Assembly (NCBI GenBank): GCA_018985225.1
Contig: JADGIF010000317.1
Location: 1-11,107, forward strand
DNA: 11,107 nucleotides
Direction of reading: 5' to 3'
DNA from: Amoeboradix gromovi X-113
Lineage: Eukaryota > Fungi > Sanchytriomycota
A program made the position numbers and the translations under genes. The notes under the pieces are model-generated. The model was not told the DNA's origin and searched no databases. It was given only the letters and a program-made list of their open reading frames with translations. Shown here one piece after another: positions 6,414 to 11,107 of the stretch. The stretch's first letter is position 1. Every line of letters begins with the position of its first letter.

Positions 6414-9083
6414 TTACTTCAATGTTAATTCTAAAGTTTTAATAAAAGACTTGACTGCGTTATTTTTTACCAGTTTGGGATATAAGCTAGATTCAGACTT
6501 TGAGGATGTGTCGAAAGGCTTTAGACTAACAGATCTGACTACAATTTTTAGCTCATTAAATACTTCTGATAATAATTTATTCTCGCCAACATTGGCTGAA
6601 ACCCTGTCAATTAGTCTTTTGTACCGTAAAATTTGTAACCTCAAGTATATGTCTTCTTCTTCTACTAATTCCTGGTTTACTTTTCGTTTCGTTTTAATAC
6701 TTTTCAATACTTTGTCTGCCAAATTAGCCGCTCTTTTTATTCTTTCCATTTGTAAAGCTAGTTCATTATCTAAATGTAAGGTCTCTTTGTTCAACGTGAT
6801 TATAACCTGCTCGCTTTCACATATGGCTTGTTCCAAGTTGACAATTCTAGACTCTAACTGCTCTAATTCAGTTGTTTTTGAATCCAGTTCAATATTTAAC
6901 TGTTCCAATTTCTGTTTAGCCGCATCCAAAGTAGAGCACAAAGTTTGCTTTTTTATTTTATCGTTTTCTGTCACATTTGACATAATAATGTTTTCTTGAA
7001 ATGCAATTTGCCGTGATCCCATAATTAGAACTGTTGCTTTCATTGCTTCTACATCCTTGCTGGCAGCGAAGATCTGATTTTTGAGTAGTTCCTGCTTATC
7101 ATTTAGTGCTTGTCTTTTTGAAGCTAAATCAATCAAGATTTCGCTTTCACCCATCATAAGTTGTCCTCCTTTTTGAAGTATTATCATGTACTTACTTTTT
7201 AAAATCTCCAATAGTCTCTTTCTATCGTTGTATTCCACCAATACTTTACTTTTAATGTCCAAGGCACCATTTATTTTAAATTTCAGGTTATCTGCAACCT
7301 GCTGAGTCTCCGCTTGTTTTTCCTGCAATGAAATGATATAATCTACATTTTTAGATTCCAAATCTACCAAATTATCCTTTTTGTGGCTTAAAAACTGTTT
7401 CGTCCGACTGATTTCAAGTTCTATGAGCGATATCCGAACGGATAGTTCATCATTAGAGGCAACGCTATCGGAAAAAACATTTGTACTCCTTTTACAAATT
7501 AATAACTTTGACTTATATTCTTCTTTGTTTAAATCGATGTATTCCAAGTCCTTTTGGTTCTTAAGACTTGATTTTTTATACACTGCTTTCTTTTTCAGTA
7601 ACATTTCAAGAAGCATTTTATTTTCATTTTTATGTTTTTGCAAAAGTTCTGCCATTTCACTTAATTTAACTTTCAGTTTATCCTTGACTTCCAGTTTCAT
7701 TCTACCTTTTAAAACGTCCAGTTTGTTAGTCAGCATAAGTTTTTTATATTCTTGATTGTACAATATATCATCTTGATCAGATAATTGAGTTTCCAAACTT
7801 AGAAAGTTTCTATCAACATTCTTAATCTCAACTTCGTGACCTCTTATTTCATCTGAGATCGCCTGCTTATATTCCATTTTACACTCAAACTCTAAAGTTA
7901 GTTTACCGAATTTCTCTTGCTGCTTTGCAATGCATCTCTGCATTTGGTCTATTTTAACATGCTCCTTAATGATTAGAGTATCCAGTTCCGTTAACGCTGA
8001 TGGGGTTCTTATGAAGTTCATGCTCTCAGTTATTTCGCTGATTTGATATTCCAGGGAACAAATTACTTGCTGAGAAGCAACCAGCTCAGCGTTTGAAAAC
8101 TGAACCTTGGCTGCAGCTGAGGAGTTTTCTTGAGTTAACAGTTCTAACTCCTTCTCAAAATGAGTGAGATCTGATTTAATTTTCTCGCATTTGTCTAACT
8201 TTGTTTTTATATCTATAGATTTTGTAGATATTAATCTTTCTATGCATCCAATATCATAATCAGATTTGTTTTTTTCCCTCACTTCGCCGCTGAACTCTAT
8301 TTCCTTATTTTTAATTTCTTGAGATAGTTCCACCTCATTTTCTACACTTTTGTTTAGCTCTTCGAACTTCAAGTTGATACGCTCATCGATTTGTTGCAAT
8401 TGTAACAGGGAAGATTCCCAGTTATCAAGGCATATGTTTTTTGCGGTGTTAAGTTGTTCAAAAGCCAATAAAGTGCACTTCAAATCAAATGTGCAAGTTG
8501 TTAATTCTGTTTTAGAATCTTTGATACATTTATTCACCAAGTACTCCTCATTTTGCATTTTTTTTATAGCCAAACTTGTGTCGTGGATCAATTTATCATC
8601 TATCTTTGTGTATTTATCTAAAAGTAAAAAATCTTTTTCCTTTTCTCTCAATTCTACCATAATCGCTTCATATTCAGTCTGACTAATCTTGACTTGCTTT
8701 CGATGCTGTTTGATCAATTCCTCCACCCTTTGAATTTCTTGTTGATGCCAAATTACTTTCTCATTGATAGAATCTTGGCTATTCTTTGCAGCTTGTGTTT
8801 GCTTTATAAGTTGAGTGTTCTCAATCTCTTTTAATGAATCTCTGTCACATTCTGCAAGGAGAGCCTTCTCTTTATCCAGAAGAAAACTTTGCTGAGATTT
8901 AATCTGGAAATCAATATTTTTGGAATGTTTAATTATCGCAATGCTTCTATTTTGCTGTTGCAATATAGAATTAGAAAGGGCTTGAACTTTCAATGATTTT
9001 ATTATGTTTTGGGACTCTAAAAGTTTATTAGCTTCATTGAGAAATGGTAAATCACCATATAAATCCAGGCGTAGATCTGTCAT
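6414..9083 (-). CDS. CCDC39: Coiled-coil domain-containing protein 39 (FAP59), 96-nm axonemal ruler subunit
   Basis: 889-aa coiled-coil ORF with collinear CCDC39-like motifs recognised from memory of the family: LPFLNEANKLLE, LDKYTKIDDKLI, NWESSLLQLQQID, QDDILYNQEY..LDVLKG, LEILKSKY, IFAASKDVEAMKATV and EEEDIYLR. The length is typical. ATG at 9083, TAA at 6414. Confidence 0.85.
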   Translation of the reverse strand: MTDLRLDLYGDLPFLNEANKLLESQNIIKSLKVQALSNSILQQQNRSIAIIKHSKNIDFQIKSQQSFLLDKEKALLAECDRDSLKEIENTQLIKQTQAAKNSQDSINEKVIWHQQEIQRVEELIKQHRKQVKISQTEYEAIMVELREKEKDFLLLDKYTKIDDKLIHDTSLAIKKMQNEEYLVNKCIKDSKTELTTCTFDLKCTLLAFEQLNTAKNICLDNWESSLLQLQQIDERINLKFEELNKSVENEVELSQEIKNKEIEFSGEVREKNKSDYDIGCIERLISTKSIDIKTKLDKCEKIKSDLTHFEKELELLTQENSSAAAKVQFSNAELVASQQVICSLEYQISEITESMNFIRTPSALTELDTLIIKEHVKIDQMQRCIAKQQEKFGKLTLEFECKMEYKQAISDEIRGHEVEIKNVDRNFLSLETQLSDQDDILYNQEYKKLMLTNKLDVLKGRMKLEVKDKLKVKLSEMAELLQKHKNENKMLLEMLLKKKAVYKKSSLKNQKDLEYIDLNKEEYKSKLLICKRSTNVFSDSVASNDELSVRISLIELEISRTKQFLSHKKDNLVDLESKNVDYIISLQEKQAETQQVADNLKFKINGALDIKSKVLVEYNDRKRLLEILKSKYMIILQKGGQLMMGESEILIDLASKRQALNDKQELLKNQIFAASKDVEAMKATVLIMGSRQIAFQENIIMSNVTENDKIKKQTLCSTLDAAKQKLEQLNIELDSKTTELEQLESRIVNLEQAICESEQVIITLNKETLHLDNELALQMERIKRAANLADKVLKSIKTKRKVNQELVEEEDIYLRLQILRYKRLIDRVSANVGENKLLSEVFNELKIVVRSVSLKPFDTSSKSESSLYPKLVKNNAVKSFIKTLELTLK

Positions 9084-9327
9084 TAATAGGCCAAGAATTT
9101 TTTGTCTTTAAATTGGAACTCGTATACCGCAGTTTCCTTTTCTATATATTGAAAATGTAAGTTAACTACACTAAAATAAGATCACTCCTCTTAATTGGGT
9201 TCAATAATATGCCAAACTCAACAAAATAACACAAGGTAGCGACATCAATTGCTACTAGGTGTTTACACCAACAGCAAAATTTTAGGCGTTTGCGGCGCAC
9301 GGTAAAAACCTGCGAGACTTTTTAAAA

Positions 9328-9767
9328 CTAGTGGGACATCAAACATAAAAACTAGACTAACTTTCTGAAGTAGTTTAAATTGCTATTTCAAGTGTATTAA
9401 CAGATAGCAAATTAAATTAGATTAATATGACTGGTTCAAGTAAATTATTTTAGTATAGAAGCTTTTCATCCATCAAAATCTTGGAAACAATGATTAATAA
9501 GAAGAAGAGAAAACAAAAAATAAGTAATACGAAAGGTCGTAAAAAGAAATGGAACAGATAGTAGTGGTAAAGTAGTAGATAATGCACCTTTGCTTAGACA
9601 TCCAAAGACCTTATTTGAAAGAGATAGTGGGTCATCTTGTTATATTTTAAAGAGGGGAATGACATTAATGAAAGAAGAAGGACTTTATTAATAATAGTAT
9701 TTCCTCTTTATGGATTACCTCCCTTAAAAACGGCTTAGTCTAGTTTTTATATTTGGTGTCTCAAGTA
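9328..9767. mobile_element. MITE copy 2 (~440 bp), opposite orientation to copy 1
   Basis: TIRs at 9328-9362 (ctagtgggacatcaaacataaaaactagactaact) and 9733-9767 (gcttagtctagtttttatatttggtgtctcaagta). The interior 9580-9735 aligns with the reverse complement of ~3260-3430 (aatgcacctttgct..caaagacct..tatttgaa.gagat..tggg..aagagggga..taatgaaagaa). Confidence 0.85.
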
Positions 9768-10178
9768 TAACTTCTCAGGTAAATTCTCAAACCAAATTTT
9801 TGGGCAAAAAGATATTATTTTGTTTGACCGGAGTAATAAGTAATGCTAATTATATACATACGTAGCACTAGCACTGGTTTTTTGGATAGTAAATGGCCTT
9901 CTATTGTATCATATCTGTCACAACAAAGGCATGTTACACTTATGTCACATTTTTTCTGCAATATCGTTTTCCATGTTCATACCCAATAACTTTCCTAATA
10001 CAAGCACTGTAGACAAGATCCCCATTGTAGAGTTTTCTGACTTTAATGACGATTTTGGAGTCCATCTAAAGTCTGATGATAGTTTATAATATACTTTATG
10101 TGATTTTTTAGGGTTTTGGCTATGCTCGATTTTTTCATTTTGTCATCCGTTTTTACCCCGATCTTCCGTCAGCAGAAC

Positions 10179-10928
10179 ATGTCCCAGATTTTAATCTCTC
10201 AAACCCTAATTTACAGAATAATTGCATCTGTAGTAGGAATATTTCAATTTGTTGTGGGTGTTGTATACACAAACTATGCGTTCAAAAAGAAAAATGAGTT
10301 ATTTTGGCTGATAAATGCTACTCTATCTTTAGCATCGATAGTCGTAATATGTATGTGCATTCCTGCTCAAGAAGTTGCTTATATGACATTTATTTTATGC
10401 GAAATAACATACTATTTTTTGTTCCTTACTTATGTAAAACGAATTAAATTTTTGGGTAAAATAAAAGTTAAGCTTGATGGGGCTATTCCTTATGTTCCGT
10501 TCTCAGCTTCTGTTTTACTTTTGGGCCCTGTTGCAGCTTATGTGATTGCTAAATTTGATCACAGTTTTGACTACGTTGTATTTTACAGCAGTTTCTTTGG
10601 GTGGACGGTTTTGTTGGCCTCAGAGACTTATTTCTTTGCTGTTCTTTACAAAAAAACAAAAATAATGCAAAGAGGTAGGTTGTTTGATAATCGCGCCATA
10701 TACACTCAAATGATAGTATCATTCATTTTAGCAGTTACAGGAGATTTTGTGTTACTGTACCTAAGATTCAATGATCAATTTCTCGCTTACATTTTAAGAT
10801 TCATATTTATTCAAACTAGAGTATTGTTTGTCATAAACTACTTCCATATTTTAGGTGATGAGCATCATCAAGGAATGTTTTTCAGGTCCATCAGCAATTT
10901 GGAAGCATTTAACCCTGAAAATGAATAA
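10179..10928 (+). CDS. Orphan seven-transmembrane (GPCR-like) membrane protein, ~249 aa
   Basis: Seven hydrophobic segments with short loops: IIASVVGIFQFVVGVVY; LFWLINATLSLASIVVICMCI; VAYMTFILCEITYYFLFLTYV; YVPFSASVLLLGPVAAYVIA; VVFYSSFFGWTVLLASETYFFAVLY; MIVSFILAVTGDFVLLYL; FLAYILRFIFIQTRVLFVINYF. Loops after TM1, TM3 and TM5 are basic. The start is ATG 10179 or 10122; the track start at 10116 is TTG. Confidence 0.75.
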   Translation: MSQILISQTLIYRIIASVVGIFQFVVGVVYTNYAFKKKNELFWLINATLSLASIVVICMCIPAQEVAYMTFILCEITYYFLFLTYVKRIKFLGKIKVKLDGAIPYVPFSASVLLLGPVAAYVIAKFDHSFDYVVFYSSFFGWTVLLASETYFFAVLYKKTKIMQRGRLFDNRAIYTQMIVSFILAVTGDFVLLYLRFNDQFLAYILRFIFIQTRVLFVINYFHILGDEHHQGMFFRSISNLEAFNPENE

Positions 10929-11022
10929 ATATTTTAACATGAGACACACTCTGTAAAAACTAGACTGGCTTTTTGATACATTTTATTTCAAATAAAATTG
11001 TAGTTTCATAATACTTTTACCT

Positions 11023-11107
11023 GATATGGAACACCAAATATAAAAACTAGACTAACTCGTTTTTAAAGGAGGTGCTCCATACGGAGGAATGCTATCATTA
11101 GTAAAAG
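11023..11107. mobile_element. MITE copy 3, left end (runs off the window), same orientation as copy 1
   Basis: acaccaaatataaaaactagactaactcgtttttaaaggaggtgctccata..aatgctatcatta.taaaag closely matches 3237-3311. Confidence 0.85.

Noticed and set aside
6451-8682. Plus-strand ORFs 6451..6999, 7381..7755 and 8350..8682 (also 174..365, 1432..1653, 2422..2820, and minus-strand 4271..4486, 4353..4577)
   Set aside because: Antisense shadows of longer coding regions on the opposite strand.
9904-10089. 61-aa plus ORF and a short minus-strand frame (MDSKIVIKVRKLYNGDLVYSAC...)
   Set aside because: Short, non-ATG or stop-interrupted, with no recognisable motif.

Overview
AT-rich eukaryotic DNA with no obvious introns. 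The host is probably a flagellated protist or zoosporic (chytrid-like) fungus, inferred from an intact CCDC39/FAP59 axonemal ruler gene (6414..9083, -). The window also holds an orphan 7-TM membrane protein gene (10179..10928, +), an unknown ~850-aa helical protein built from ~100-130-aa degenerate repeats whose reading frame seems to continue past a premature stop (435..2993, -), and an unknown ~290-aa ORF. The non-genic space is mostly mobile-element relics. One group is three copies of a MITE family with ~35-bp TIRs. The other, and most interesting, is three diverged 3'-end remnants of an IS607-type TnpB/Fanzor2 element within 2.5 kb (about 3836-4074 +, 4979-5380 -, 5838-6261 +). Each remnant keeps a decayed zinc-finger/RuvC-III tail plus a conserved ~110-120-nt putative omegaRNA scaffold, followed by a different flanking (guide-position) sequence. 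Two of them face each other across the unknown ORF.
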